This document shows, piece after piece, positions 19,979 through 30,034 of a DNA stretch of 50,847 nt; position 1 is the stretch's first letter, and each line of letters opens with the position of its first letter. Under the pieces are notes generated by a model. It was not told the DNA's origin. It was given only the letters and a program-made list of their open reading frames with translations, and searched no databases. The position numbers and the translations under genes are program-made. Origin of the DNA: an uncultured Bacilli bacterium (GTDB lineage: Bacteria > Bacillota_I > Bacilli_A > RF39 > UBA660); the NCBI GenBank assembly GCA_947628095.1, contig CANQYO010000003.1, positions 1-50,847 of the forward strand, read 5' to 3'.

Positions 19979-21913
19979 CTAAATATCAAGATTCTCAACC
20001 TTATGAGCATTTTCTTCAATATATTGTCTTCTTGGTTCAACTTCGTCTCCCATAAGTTTCTCAAAAATCTTATCTGCTGCTAAACAATCTCCAACTGTGA
20101 TTTTTCTAAGAGTTCTTTTGGTAATGTCCATTGTTGTTTCATTTAATTCTTCAGCATCCATTTCTCCTAAACCTTTCATACGAGCAATCTCTGCTTTATT
20201 TCGAACATTTTCTGGTAAAGAATTTAAATAAGCATTAAGTTCAGCTTCATTTAAAACATATTTTCTTGTTTTACCATGCATAATTCTAAATAAAGGTGGT
20301 TGAGCTGCATAAACATGTCCTGCTTGTACAATTGGTTTAAAGAAACGATAGAATAAAGTTAATAATAAAACACGAATATGAGAACCATCAACATCGGCAT
20401 CGGTCATGATAATTATCTTATCATAACGAAGTTTATTTAAATCAAAATATTCACCAATTCCCGTTCCAAATGCAGTTATAATTGTCTTAATTTCTTCATT
20501 TCCAAGCGCTTTATCAAGTCTTGCTTTTTCAACATTTAAAATCTTTCCACGTAAAGGCAAAATAGCTTGAGTCATGGCATCTCTTCCTTTTTTAGCACTT
20601 CCTCCAGCTGAATCTCCCTCGACTATAAAGATTTCACTGATAGTTGGGTCTTTACTTTTACAATCACTTAATTTACCAAAGAAATTAGTAGTTGTTAAAT
20701 CTGTTTTTCTCGTTGCTTCACGAGCTTTTTTAGCTGCCATTCTAGCATCTCTTGCTAAAACTGCCTTACTTATAATTGTTCTAGCTTCAGTTGGGTTTTC
20801 AAGTAAAAATCTCTCAAAACCTTCAGCAAAGACACTATCAGCTAAGTTTTTAACTTCACTATTTCCTAAACGACCTTTAGTTTGTCCTTCAAATTGAGGG
20901 TTAGGATGCTTACAAGAAATAATCATAGTAAGTCCTTCTTTAACATCGTCGTCTTTTAAACTCTCGTCTTTTTCTTTTAAAATATTATTTTTTCTTGCAT
21001 AACTATTAATAACTCTTGTTAGAGCACGTTTAACTCCATCTTCGTGAGTTCCTCCATCATGAGTATTAATGTTATTAACAAATGAATAAATATTAGAGTT
21101 ATATGAAGTATTATATTGCATAGCTACTTCAAAAAATACTCCATCTTTTTCACCATTTAAGTGAATTATATCATTATGAAGTGGTGTTTTTTCTTGATTG
21201 ATAAAACGTACGTACTCGCTTATTCCACCTTCATACATGAAAGTTTCTCCAGTTGTATCTTCAAGGTCACGGTCATCTCTTATGTTAAGTGATAAACCAC
21301 GATTTAAGAATGCTAATTCACGAACACGAGTTTTTAATGTTTCATAATCATAAATATCTGTATCAAATATTTCAGGGTCTGGTTTAAAAGTTACCGTTGT
21401 TCCAGTACGATTTTTATCGCAAGTTCCCGTTTCATGTAATGGTTCTACTGTATGACCCCCATTTTCAAAACGAATACTATTAACTTTACCATCTTTATAA
21501 ACCGTTACTTCTACCCATTTACTTAAAGCATTTACAACACTGGCTCCAACACCATGTAAGCCACCAGATACTTTGTATCCGCCACCTCCAAATTTTCCAC
21601 CAGCATGCAAAACAGTATATACTGTTTCAACAGTTGAAATACCTGTTTTAGGGTGAATATCTGTTGGTATACCACGACCATCATCCTTAACTGTAACTGA
21701 ATTATCTTTATTTATTACTATTTCTATATTATGGCAATAACCAGCAAGTGCTTCATCAATTGAATTATCCACTATTTCCCAAACTAAATGATGTAAGCCT
21801 TTAACATCGGTTGTACCTATATACATACCAGGTCTTTTTCTTACAGCTTCTAACCCTTCCAATACTTGAATTGACGAAGAATCATAATTACCTTGTACCT
21901 TTTCTTCTTCCAT
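19979..21913 (-). CDS. gyrB: DNA gyrase subunit B
   Basis: [38 protein letters not shown]. Confidence 0.98.
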   Translation of the reverse strand: MEEEKVQGNYDSSSIQVLEGLEAVRKRPGMYIGTTDVKGLHHLVWEIVDNSIDEALAGYCHNIEIVINKDNSVTVKDDGRGIPTDIHPKTGISTVETVYTVLHAGGKFGGGGYKVSGGLHGVGASVVNALSKWVEVTVYKDGKVNSIRFENGGHTVEPLHETGTCDKNRTGTTVTFKPDPEIFDTDIYDYETLKTRVRELAFLNRGLSLNIRDDRDLEDTTGETFMYEGGISEYVRFINQEKTPLHNDIIHLNGEKDGVFFEVAMQYNTSYNSNIYSFVNNINTHDGGTHEDGVKRALTRVINSYARKNNILKEKDESLKDDDVKEGLTMIISCKHPNPQFEGQTKGRLGNSEVKNLADSVFAEGFERFLLENPTEARTIISKAVLARDARMAAKKAREATRKTDLTTTNFFGKLSDCKSKDPTISEIFIVEGDSAGGSAKKGRDAMTQAILPLRGKILNVEKARLDKALGNEEIKTIITAFGTGIGEYFDLNKLRYDKIIIMTDADVDGSHIRVLLLTLFYRFFKPIVQAGHVYAAQPPLFRIMHGKTRKYVLNEAELNAYLNSLPENVRNKAEIARMKGLGEMDAEELNETTMDITKRTLRKITVGDCLAADKIFEKLMGDEVEPRRQYIEENAHKVENLDI

Positions 21914-23027
21914 TTTTATGTCCTCCTTTAATCATGCCATTTTTTATTTTATAAATTCTTGCATTTTTTACTAAATTCTCATCTATTTCTTCAATGTCGG
22001 TAGTTGTTATTACAACTTGCATCTCGTCATTAAAATATTTTATTATATTATTACGCTTTTTTATATCAATTTCAGAAAATACATCGTCAAGAAGTAAAAC
22101 TGGGTATTCTCCTTTTATCTTTTTAAATACTAAAAGTTCAGCTATTTTATAAGCAATAACAATCATTCTTTGTTGTCCTTCAGAAGCATAAATTTTAGCA
22201 TCATGGTTTGCTAACGAAAATAATAAATCGTCTCGATGTAGACCAAAAATAGTCATACCTTGCATTAATTCTTTATTTAAGTTTCGTTTCCATTTTAAAA
22301 GTAATATTTTCCGAATTTTATCTTCATCATAAAAATCAATTCCTAAATTATTTATATATTCTACTTTTAAACCACTTATTCCCGATAATTTTTTAAATAT
22401 TCCAGGAATTATTTTATTAATTTCTTCAATATAGAAAAAACGAAAATAATATATTTTAACACTACTTTCTAGCATTTTTTCATTAATAATATCTAAATAT
22501 TTATAATCAGCCATACTATTAATGTTTAATCTTTTTAAATATTCATTACGCATTTTTAAAAGACTATTATATTCATTTAAATTTTTTAAATAATTGTTAT
22601 ATAACTCGCCTATTTGAATATTTAAAACATTTCTTCGAATGCTAGGTGAACCTTTAATTATTTCAATATCATTTGGTAAAAAAGTTGTAACACAAAAATT
22701 AGAAATATAATCAGAAATTCTCTTGATTTGATTTTTGTTTATATAAACTTTCTTTCCTGTTTTATCTATTGATATTTGATACCATTTAGTGTAATCAGTA
22801 TAAGCAACTTCTCCAATTAATGAAGCATTTAAAGCATCAAATTTAATAAGATTCATGTAATCACCAAATCGACTTGATTTAGTAAGTGAAAGTACATATA
22901 TTCCTTCTAAGATATTTGTTTTTCCAGCTCCGTTTTCTCCAATGAATATATTTATACCATCAGAAAACTCAATAGTTGCTTCTTCATAATTTCGAAAATT
23001 TACTAATTTTAAACTCTTTAATCTCAT
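21888..23027 (-). CDS. recF: DNA replication/repair protein RecF
   Basis: [14 protein letters not shown] Walker [16 protein letters not shown]. Confidence 0.95.
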   Translation of the reverse strand: MRLKSLKLVNFRNYEEATIEFSDGINIFIGENGAGKTNILEGIYVLSLTKSSRFGDYMNLIKFDALNASLIGEVAYTDYTKWYQISIDKTGKKVYINKNQIKRISDYISNFCVTTFLPNDIEIIKGSPSIRRNVLNIQIGELYNNYLKNLNEYNSLLKMRNEYLKRLNINSMADYKYLDIINEKMLESSVKIYYFRFFYIEEINKIIPGIFKKLSGISGLKVEYINNLGIDFYDEDKIRKILLLKWKRNLNKELMQGMTIFGLHRDDLLFSLANHDAKIYASEGQQRMIVIAYKIAELLVFKKIKGEYPVLLLDDVFSEIDIKKRNNIIKYFNDEMQVVITTTDIEEIDENLVKNARIYKIKNGMIKGGHKNGRRKGTR

Positions 23028-23298
23028 AAAACATCACAAAAACCCTACAAAACAAATATTTGAATTAGATAATATACCTATACTTGCTTATTTATTATAC
23101 CATAAATTTGGTTTAAAACAACCTAATTTAACCTTTTTTGGACATTTTTATCCATTTTTAGGTAATTTTTTTCCACTTTTTATGTGAATAATTTTTTTAA
23201 TGCAAAAAAAGACTCTTAAGCATAGATAAATAGTAGAATTTTTATTTTTTATAAAAATTAATTTTAGCCTAATAGTCTTATTAATATATTATTTTAGC

Positions 23299-23754
23299 TT
23301 AATTTACAGATACACGATGTTTTAATAAATTTTGAAGTCTTGTGGCTCTTAATAATTGCAATTCAAAAGAACGATAAGACATTTTTAAAATCAAAGTCTT
23401 TCCTTCTGTAAAAGTTATTTTCGTATAACCTTTATATGGCTCGTATTTTAATACATTGTTTAAAGAAATCCAAGAACATTTTTCATTTTCAGCACCATTA
23501 GTTGGAAAGAAAATTATATCATTAACTTCTTCTATTATAATAGGTAATTTATAATTAGAACCTAACATCATCTTTGTTCCTTTTACTCGTCCTTCTAAAG
23601 TGCTTCCATAGTAAGCACAACTCTCTTCCATAACTTCATATGTTCTTTTAGACAATAAATAATCTTGGTCTTGTTCAATAATTTGAGAAGATTCATTATT
23701 TACATTGAGAACAGCACAAGTTTCTTTATTGATTTCATATGAATCTAATTCCAT
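23299..23754 (-). CDS. comK: ComK-family competence transcription factor
   Basis: Co-linear with B. subtilis ComK motifs: YEIN..T.AVL, SC.YYGS...GR..GT, K.PI, FFPT, C.WIS, T.ITF..GK, SY.SFE.Q; RBS GGGGGTGA. Confidence 0.9.
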   Translation of the reverse strand: MELDSYEINKETCAVLNVNNESSQIIEQDQDYLLSKRTYEVMEESCAYYGSTLEGRVKGTKMMLGSNYKLPIIIEEVNDIIFFPTNGAENEKCSWISLNNVLKYEPYKGYTKITFTEGKTLILKMSYRSFELQLLRATRLQNLLKHRVSVN

Positions 23755-23864
23755 GTTTCACCCCCTACTAGAAATTTATTTTATCCACAAAATTGTGAAT
23801 AATTCCAATTTCTGAGGCATATAATAATCAACTACTATGTCGATATTTGTTCTTTTTTGTCGAT

Positions 23865-23906
23865 AAAAAAAGAAATAAGACATTTTTTAACAAATTATCT
23901 TATTTA
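23865..23906 (-). terminator. Putative intrinsic terminator after dnaN
   Basis: Minus strand AAATAAGATA...TGTCTTATTT followed by CTTTTTTT. Confidence 0.55.
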
Positions 23907-23923
23907 AAATCTTATTTTCTTTA

Positions 23924-25048
23924 TTAATATGTACGAATTGGTAATACTAATTGTAATAAATCTTCAGATTCATTGCCTTTAAAGATAATTGGGTTAACTT
24001 CTCCCACGAAAGATATTTCACATTGCTCACTATCAATTACTTTTAATGCTTCCATTACATAACGAGCACTAAAGGAAATAGTAATATCCTCATTGTTATC
24101 TTTTTCAATTGGCATTTTTTCTTCAACACGACCGATTTCAGCACTTGAAGATTTCATAGTTAAAATATTGCCATTTGTTTCAAGTGTTACAACATTTTTT
24201 TCTTTATCACTTGTTAAAATACTTACTCTATCAATAACATTATAAAGGTCTTCAACTCGAACAGATATTTTTAACATACTATCTTTTGGTAATAAATTAG
24301 CTGTATTTGGGAAAGTTCCATTAATTAAACGACTTTGGAATAAAACATTATCATATTTAAATAATATTTTATTATTAAATATATGTAATTCAACATCTAA
24401 CTCATCATCAGTTAATAATTTAGATACTTCTATGATATTTTTACTTGGAATAACAAGATTATAATCATTTTCAACACTATCTTTTAATGTTAATACCTTT
24501 CTTGCTAAACGATAGGAATCTGTGCAATTACATTCTAATATATTTCCCACAATTTTTAAATTTACTCCAGTTAAAGCTGGACGAGCCTCGTCAGTTGAAG
24601 CAGCAAAAGCAGTTTGGTTAACTAAATCTTTAAATACTTTGCTATTTATTAAGATAGGTGTTTTATTTAATTCTAAATTGATATTTGGATATTCATTTTT
24701 ATTAATACCATTTAAATTATATTCACTATTTTCTGTGGAAATAATTACTTTTAATTCGTCAAATACTTCTAAATTTATCATTTTATCTGGAAGTTTACGA
24801 ACAATATCTAAAATATATCTTCCTTGAATAATAATACTTCCTTCTTCTTCAATTGTCATATCTTCATCTTGATATGGTATAAAGGTACGAATAGTTATAT
24901 CATTATCTGATGCTGTTAAAGTTAAACCTTCTTTTTGTAAATCAAATTTTATTCCAGCTAAAGCAGGTACTAAATTTTTAGTTGAGATAGCTTTAGATAC
25001 TTTATTTAAATTTTCTAATAATAAATCTTTTTTTATTTTTATTTTCAT
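23924..25048 (-). CDS. dnaN: DNA polymerase III beta clamp
   Basis: 374 aa; RPALTGV, TDSYRLA, SRLI.G.FP, LVLPIRTY C-terminus; follows dnaA. Confidence 0.97.
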   Translation of the reverse strand: MKIKIKKDLLLENLNKVSKAISTKNLVPALAGIKFDLQKEGLTLTASDNDITIRTFIPYQDEDMTIEEEGSIIIQGRYILDIVRKLPDKMINLEVFDELKVIISTENSEYNLNGINKNEYPNINLELNKTPILINSKVFKDLVNQTAFAASTDEARPALTGVNLKIVGNILECNCTDSYRLARKVLTLKDSVENDYNLVIPSKNIIEVSKLLTDDELDVELHIFNNKILFKYDNVLFQSRLINGTFPNTANLLPKDSMLKISVRVEDLYNVIDRVSILTSDKEKNVVTLETNGNILTMKSSSAEIGRVEEKMPIEKDNNEDITISFSARYVMEALKVIDSEQCEISFVGEVNPIIFKGNESEDLLQLVLPIRTY

Positions 25049-25084
25049 ATTTAATCTCCTTTAAAATTTCTTCTTTATTTCTTT

Positions 25085-25290
25085 TTTATATAATATTAAT
25101 AATAATAATAGTGTGGAAAAGTGTGAATAACTTCAAGAACGTTTATAAATAAACAAAAAGCTTAAAAATTTATAGGTGGAAAATGTGTTAAAAATTTCTG
25201 AATTATTAACATTTGAAATTTTTGGCTTTTATTTTCTTTTCACATTTTTTTAATTAAATCAATCTTTTCCACAAATGATTGTTGAAAACT
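25085..25290. other. oriC downstream part (dnaA-dnaN spacer): DnaA boxes plus unwinding element
   Basis: Tandem boxes at 25112-25120 and 25122-25130 abut a (TAT)n run; further boxes near 25176, 25265 (TTTTCCACA) and 25280. Confidence 0.88.
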
Positions 25291-25295
25291 TTAAT

Positions 25296-26657
25296 TTAAT
25301 TTAAATTACTTTTAATTTTTTCAACTGTATCTTTGATACTTTTATTGGTTTTGATATCACTTTCAAGTTTTTCACAAGAATACATTACTGTTGAATGGTC
25401 ACGTCCTCCAAATTCTGAACCAATTCTTTGGAAAGATTCATTTAAGACATCTCTTGCTAAAAACATAGCTATTTGTCTTGGAAAAGCAATCGATGCACTT
25501 CGTTTTTTTCCTTTTAAATCGTCAACAGATATTTGAAAGAAATCAGCAACTACGGTTTGAATTTTGGAAATATCATTTTTTTCACTCGTTCCTTTAGTTA
25601 TTTCATCTTTTAGAGCATCAATTGCAAATGATAAAGTGATATCGGCTCCACCCATCATCATTGAGCAAGCCATTAATCTATTTATAGCTCCTTCCAAATT
25701 TCTTACATCATCCGGCATATTTTCAGCAATATATTTTAAAACTTCTTCTGGAAAATCTTTAGCAAGTTTTGACCCTTCAATCTTTTTCTTTAATATATTG
25801 ATACGAAGTGCCGTATTAGGTGGATAAATATTAACGGTTAATCCCCAAGAAAAACGGGTTCTAAGTCTATCTTCTAATAATTTTAAGTCATTTGGTGACC
25901 TATCAGAAGAAATAATGATTTGCTTTTTATTATCATGTAATGCTGTAAAAGTGTGGAAGAATTCTTGTTGAGTTTGCGTAGCTCCTGCTAAGAATTGAAT
26001 ATCGTCGATTATTAAAATATCAATATTTCGATATTTATCTTTAAAGAAATCAGCATAACTGTAATTTTCATTTTTCTTATCTTTTCTACTAATTCCTGAA
26101 AAATCGTCAATAAATTGTTCACTTGTAACGTATAAAACTTTTTTATTTGATGTTTGTTGAATATAATTACCAATTGCATGCATTAAATGTGTTTTACCTA
26201 GTCCACTTTTTCCATATATAAATAAAGGGTTATAGGTTGAACCAGGACTTTCCGCAACGGCAAAAGCCGCAGCATGAGCTAATCGATTACTATCACCAAC
26301 AATAAATGTATCAAAGGTATATTCAGGTTTTAGATTAGATTGATGGTTAAATTTACTAGTTTGGGATGCTTCTTTGGTTTCTACTTGGACTTTTTCTTCA
26401 GAATTTTTAATTTCTTCTTCTAAAATAAATTCTAAATCATATACATTTCCTGTTAGATTAGTAAGAATATTAGTAATTAAATCTTGATAACTTTCTGATA
26501 ATCTTCTTCTATGAATTTCATGAGGTACTACAATGACGGCTTTTTTATTATCAATACTATAAAGATAAGATTTACTAAACCATGTGGAAAAAACCATAGC
26601 ATTAACATTTTCTTTGACTTTATCGAGAAAATGTTTCCATAAAAGTTCGTTATTCAT
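25296..26657 (-). CDS. dnaA: Chromosomal replication initiator DnaA
   Basis: YTFDTF, NPLFIYGKSGLGKTHL, DDIQF, RLRTRF.WGL, GGRDHSTV. Confidence 0.99.
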   Translation of the reverse strand: MNNELLWKHFLDKVKENVNAMVFSTWFSKSYLYSIDNKKAVIVVPHEIHRRRLSESYQDLITNILTNLTGNVYDLEFILEEEIKNSEEKVQVETKEASQTSKFNHQSNLKPEYTFDTFIVGDSNRLAHAAAFAVAESPGSTYNPLFIYGKSGLGKTHLMHAIGNYIQQTSNKKVLYVTSEQFIDDFSGISRKDKKNENYSYADFFKDKYRNIDILIIDDIQFLAGATQTQQEFFHTFTALHDNKKQIIISSDRSPNDLKLLEDRLRTRFSWGLTVNIYPPNTALRINILKKKIEGSKLAKDFPEEVLKYIAENMPDDVRNLEGAINRLMACSMMMGGADITLSFAIDALKDEITKGTSEKNDISKIQTVVADFFQISVDDLKGKKRSASIAFPRQIAMFLARDVLNESFQRIGSEFGGRDHSTVMYSCEKLESDIKTNKSIKDTVEKIKSNLN

Positions 26658-26899
26658 AATTCATATTCCACCTCCCTATTTTAAGACTTCTCTATCTATA
26701 TTTTACCTTATTTATAATATAAAAGTAAAGTTCAGTTGATATGTTTTAATCTTTAGAAATTAAGGTATTTTCTTTATAATTTTGTACTTTTTTCTTTGTT
26801 CGTGAATACCCTCATCTTGTCTAAATATTTTAAATTAATTTTTTTAGAATAACAAGTAATAAGTGTCAAGTTAAAGGAATTTTAGTTAATAAAAAGATG

Positions 26900-27155
26900 A
26901 TGTCGAATATTTGGGAAATAACTGTTAAAAACCTTGTGGATAAATATTTCCCACAAAAACTTTCAACAAGTTTTCCACTTAGTTTTCAACATATCTTTTG
27001 CTTTTATAGCAAGGAGATGATTAGTTTTCCACTAAATATTAAAAAGGCATTTCCACAGTGTTAAGATTATATTCCACCATTGTGTGGAAAAATATTCAAA
27101 AAAAGTTTCTTAAACCCTTGAAAAAATTAGTTTTCCACTTGACATGTTGATAAAT
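26900..27155. other. oriC upstream DnaA-box cluster
   Basis: Perfect TGTGGATAA at 26935-26943 plus about 9 near-consensus boxes (e.g. 26971, 26983, 27025, 27049, 27083, 27131, 27145); gene orientation flips here. Confidence 0.9.
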
Positions 27156-27381
27156 TTTTTAAGTAAAATTAAGTAAACCAAAGTTTCATTTATTCTTAAA
27201 CTTGCCAATTATTTTTATCTTTTTCTGCTTTTATTTTCTTGATTACTAAGAACGGAGTAATTTGCTCTTTCACTCTAAAATTTTACTTTATTCTCAAAAT
27301 ATGATAATATCTTTAATGTGTTTTTTATTTTTAAAATTCACTGAGGAGGTAAAACTAAATTTTTATATTTAGTAAGACTTT

Positions 27382-28404
27382 ATGAAAAATTTAAATTCTG
27401 AATTATTCAGAAATGCAAAAAAGCGTAATAGGTATTTACTTATTACAGGAGTTATTTTTTTAATTTTATCAATATCGTTATTTATATTTACGTATAAATA
27501 TGAACACAAACCTTTGCCTAAAACCAAAGATATGGCAACACTTGTTGGAGATACTAGTGAAATTAACAATGTTTATGCATCAATTGAGATAACTAATGTT
27601 CCGGTTTTGTTTGCTACCTATCAAAATTATGGTATTGAAGAAGATAGTAAATATTATTTAGCCATGGATAGACAAAATATTTTATATATTGTTTATATGA
27701 GTTCTAATGAGTTTAATAAATTAAAAAATAAGACTGAACAAGATTTCCCAATTGAAATTAAAGGAACAACGAGAATTATTCCTAATGATATCAAAAAGCT
27801 TGCAATTGAAGAATACAATAAAGTAATTGGTGAAAAACGATTAACTGAAGAGAACTTTGAAGATTTTGTAGGAACTGTTTTATTAGATATGGAATTGTCA
27901 CCATATAATCTTGATTATCTTTATATAATAGCAGCTTTATTATTTGGACTATTCATACCAATGATAACAATTTATTTGGTAAGGGCTTTAAAAACAAGAA
28001 AAATATTAAAGAAATATAGTATGGCTGATTTAATTAAGATTGATAATGAAGTAAAAAATTTAAAAAATACTCCATATGATAAAATGAGACTTTATTTAAC
28101 ATCAAATTATGTTGTAGACTCTAGTAATAATATTATAATAATAAGTTATGAAGATATCGTTTGGGCATATAAATATGAATATCGATACAGTGGTGTAACT
28201 GTTAATAAAAATATTAAAGTATTAACTAAAGATAATAAGTATTATACTATTTGTAATACAAATTTAATAAAAAATGATAAAGAAGAAGTTCTTAACGAAG
28301 TGTTGAAAAAAATAGAAAAACAAAATTCTAAGATTTTAATAGGACTTAGTCCTGAAAACGAAAAAAAAGCTAAAGAAAAGATTAAAAACCAAAAAAGTAT
28401 CTAA
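27382..28404 (+). CDS. Membrane protein with two TM helices (resembles DUF6709-type proteins; unverified)
   Basis: 340-aa ORF with TM segments near aa 18-37 and 178-200; C-terminal domain includes YEDIVWAY. Confidence 0.7.
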   Translation: MKNLNSELFRNAKKRNRYLLITGVIFLILSISLFIFTYKYEHKPLPKTKDMATLVGDTSEINNVYASIEITNVPVLFATYQNYGIEEDSKYYLAMDRQNILYIVYMSSNEFNKLKNKTEQDFPIEIKGTTRIIPNDIKKLAIEEYNKVIGEKRLTEENFEDFVGTVLLDMELSPYNLDYLYIIAALLFGLFIPMITIYLVRALKTRKILKKYSMADLIKIDNEVKNLKNTPYDKMRLYLTSNYVVDSSNNIIIISYEDIVWAYKYEYRYSGVTVNKNIKVLTKDNKYYTICNTNLIKNDKEEVLNEVLKKIEKQNSKILIGLSPENEKKAKEKIKNQKSI

Positions 28405-28412
28405 AAAATTAA

Positions 28413-28442
28413 TTGACAAGCACCCTATTTTCCTATTATAAT
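28413..28442 (+). promoter_or_regulatory. sigmaA promoter of rpmH operon
   Basis: TTGACA-N18-TATAAT. Confidence 0.8.
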
Positions 28443-28471
28443 AGTGTAGATTTTAGTTTTGGAGGTGTGAA

Positions 28472-28597
28472 ATGAAAAGAACTTATCAACCAAATAATAG
28501 AAGAAGAGCAAAAAAACATGGATTTTTTGCAAGAAAAGAAACATCTGTATTAAATTCAAGAAGAAGAAAAGGTCGTAAGGAAATTATAAAAAAATAA
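28472..28597 (+). CDS. rpmH: 50S ribosomal protein bL34 (absent from ORF track)
   Basis: [51 protein letters not shown]; precedes rnpA. Confidence 0.96.
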   Translation: MKRTYQPNNRRRAKKHGFFARKETSVLNSRRRKGRKEIIKK

Positions 28598-28622
28598 GCC
28601 ACATTTTAATTGTGGTTTTTTT
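28596..28622 (+). terminator. Terminator/attenuator between rpmH and rnpA
   Basis: AAGCCACA-TTTTAAT-TGTGGTTT plus T-run. Confidence 0.6.
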
Positions 28623-28632
28623 AAGGTGAAAT

Positions 28633-28965
28633 ATGAAGAAAATTAATGTTGTTAAAAGTAATTTGGAATTTAATGATGTTATAAAAGCAGGAAAATGTTA
28701 TAAGAATCAATACTTTGTTCTTTATATAAAAAATAATAATCTTGATAGATATCGTTTTGGAATATCTGTTCCTAAAAAAGTTACTAATGCAGTAAATCGA
28801 AATAAACTAAAAAGAAAAGTAAGAAATATTTTAGATAATCACCGAAATCTCTATTCAAAAAACAAAGATTATATTATAATAATAAGAAAGAGTTGTCTTA
28901 TGGAGCCATTTAAAGTTTTAGAAGACAATTTAGTAGATTTATTAAAATATACATTTTCAAAGTAA
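28633..28965 (+). CDS. rnpA: RNase P protein component
   Basis: RFGISVPKKV.NAV.RNKLKR (RNR motif). Confidence 0.95.
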   Translation: MKKINVVKSNLEFNDVIKAGKCYKNQYFVLYIKNNNLDRYRFGISVPKKVTNAVNRNKLKRKVRNILDNHRNLYSKNKDYIIIIRKSCLMEPFKVLEDNLVDLLKYTFSK

Positions 28966-28996
28966 TACTTATAAAATAAAAGAAAAGGAAAAAAAT

Positions 28997-30034
28997 ATGA
29001 AAAAGAAAAAAATATTAATTGTAGTTTTACTGTTGTTATTAATAACCGGTTGTACTAAACCTCTAAAAGGAAAAGATAATAAAGCTGTTATTAATGAAGT
29101 AACGGGTCAAAACTTAACGGAAAATATTTTATGTCGACCAACTGATAAAGAAACAATAGAATTATATGAAAAAAATAATGTTGATATAGATTCTTTACCA
29201 AGTTGTGTATGTAAAGAAGATAAAATAAAGAAGACAGTTGAGAAAAAAGATGATGAAGGTAATGTTTTAAAAGATGAAGATGGTAAGGTCATAACCGAAG
29301 AAGTAGAAGAAAAATGTGAAAGCTTTAAAATTACATCTGGTAAATATGATGGTTTATGGGCAACAATTCTTATAAAACCTTTAGCATTTGTAATTTTGTT
29401 CTTTGGTAATTTAGTTAATAGTTTTGGTTTAGGACTTATTATTACGAGTTTAGTAATTAGATTGTTGCTTTACCCTATAACAAGAAAAACAGCAATGCAA
29501 TCTGAATATATGAAAAAAGCTCAACCTGAAATGGAGAGAATTGAAAAGAAATATGCCAATAAAAATCAAGAAGACAAAGAAGTAATGATGCAAAAAAGCC
29601 AAGAAATGCTAATGGTTTATAAAAAATATAATATTAATCCTATTTCAGGATGTTTGTTAGCCTTTCTTCAATTACCTCTTTTAATAGCTTTCTTAGAAGC
29701 CATCAATCGAGTTCCAGCTATTTTTGAAGAGAAATTCTTAGGACTTCATTTAGGAACTACTCCTCAAGTTGGTTTATTCTCTGGTAATTATCTATATATT
29801 ATAATCACGATAATCGTTGCTTTAACAACTTATTTCTCATTTAGAGCAACAACTAAGGACCAAATATCAACAAGTAAAGAAATGGAGAAGCAACAAAAAA
29901 TGATGACTAATATGTTCACAATTATGATTATTGTTATGTCTTTCTTCATGACAACCGCCTTAAATATTTATTGGGCAACGACAAACTTATTTACTATTTT
30001 CCAAAATATAATCGTTAGGAGGACAACAAAATGA
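28997..30034 (+). CDS. yidC: Membrane protein insertase YidC/SpoIIIJ
   Basis: Lipobox LITGC, IRLLLYP, QPE, GCL..LQLP, LNIYW. Confidence 0.93.
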   Translation: MKKKKILIVVLLLLLITGCTKPLKGKDNKAVINEVTGQNLTENILCRPTDKETIELYEKNNVDIDSLPSCVCKEDKIKKTVEKKDDEGNVLKDEDGKVITEEVEEKCESFKITSGKYDGLWATILIKPLAFVILFFGNLVNSFGLGLIITSLVIRLLLYPITRKTAMQSEYMKKAQPEMERIEKKYANKNQEDKEVMMQKSQEMLMVYKKYNINPISGCLLAFLQLPLLIAFLEAINRVPAIFEEKFLGLHLGTTPQVGLFSGNYLYIIITIIVALTTYFSFRATTKDQISTSKEMEKQQKMMTNMFTIMIIVMSFFMTTALNIYWATTNLFTIFQNIIVRRTTK

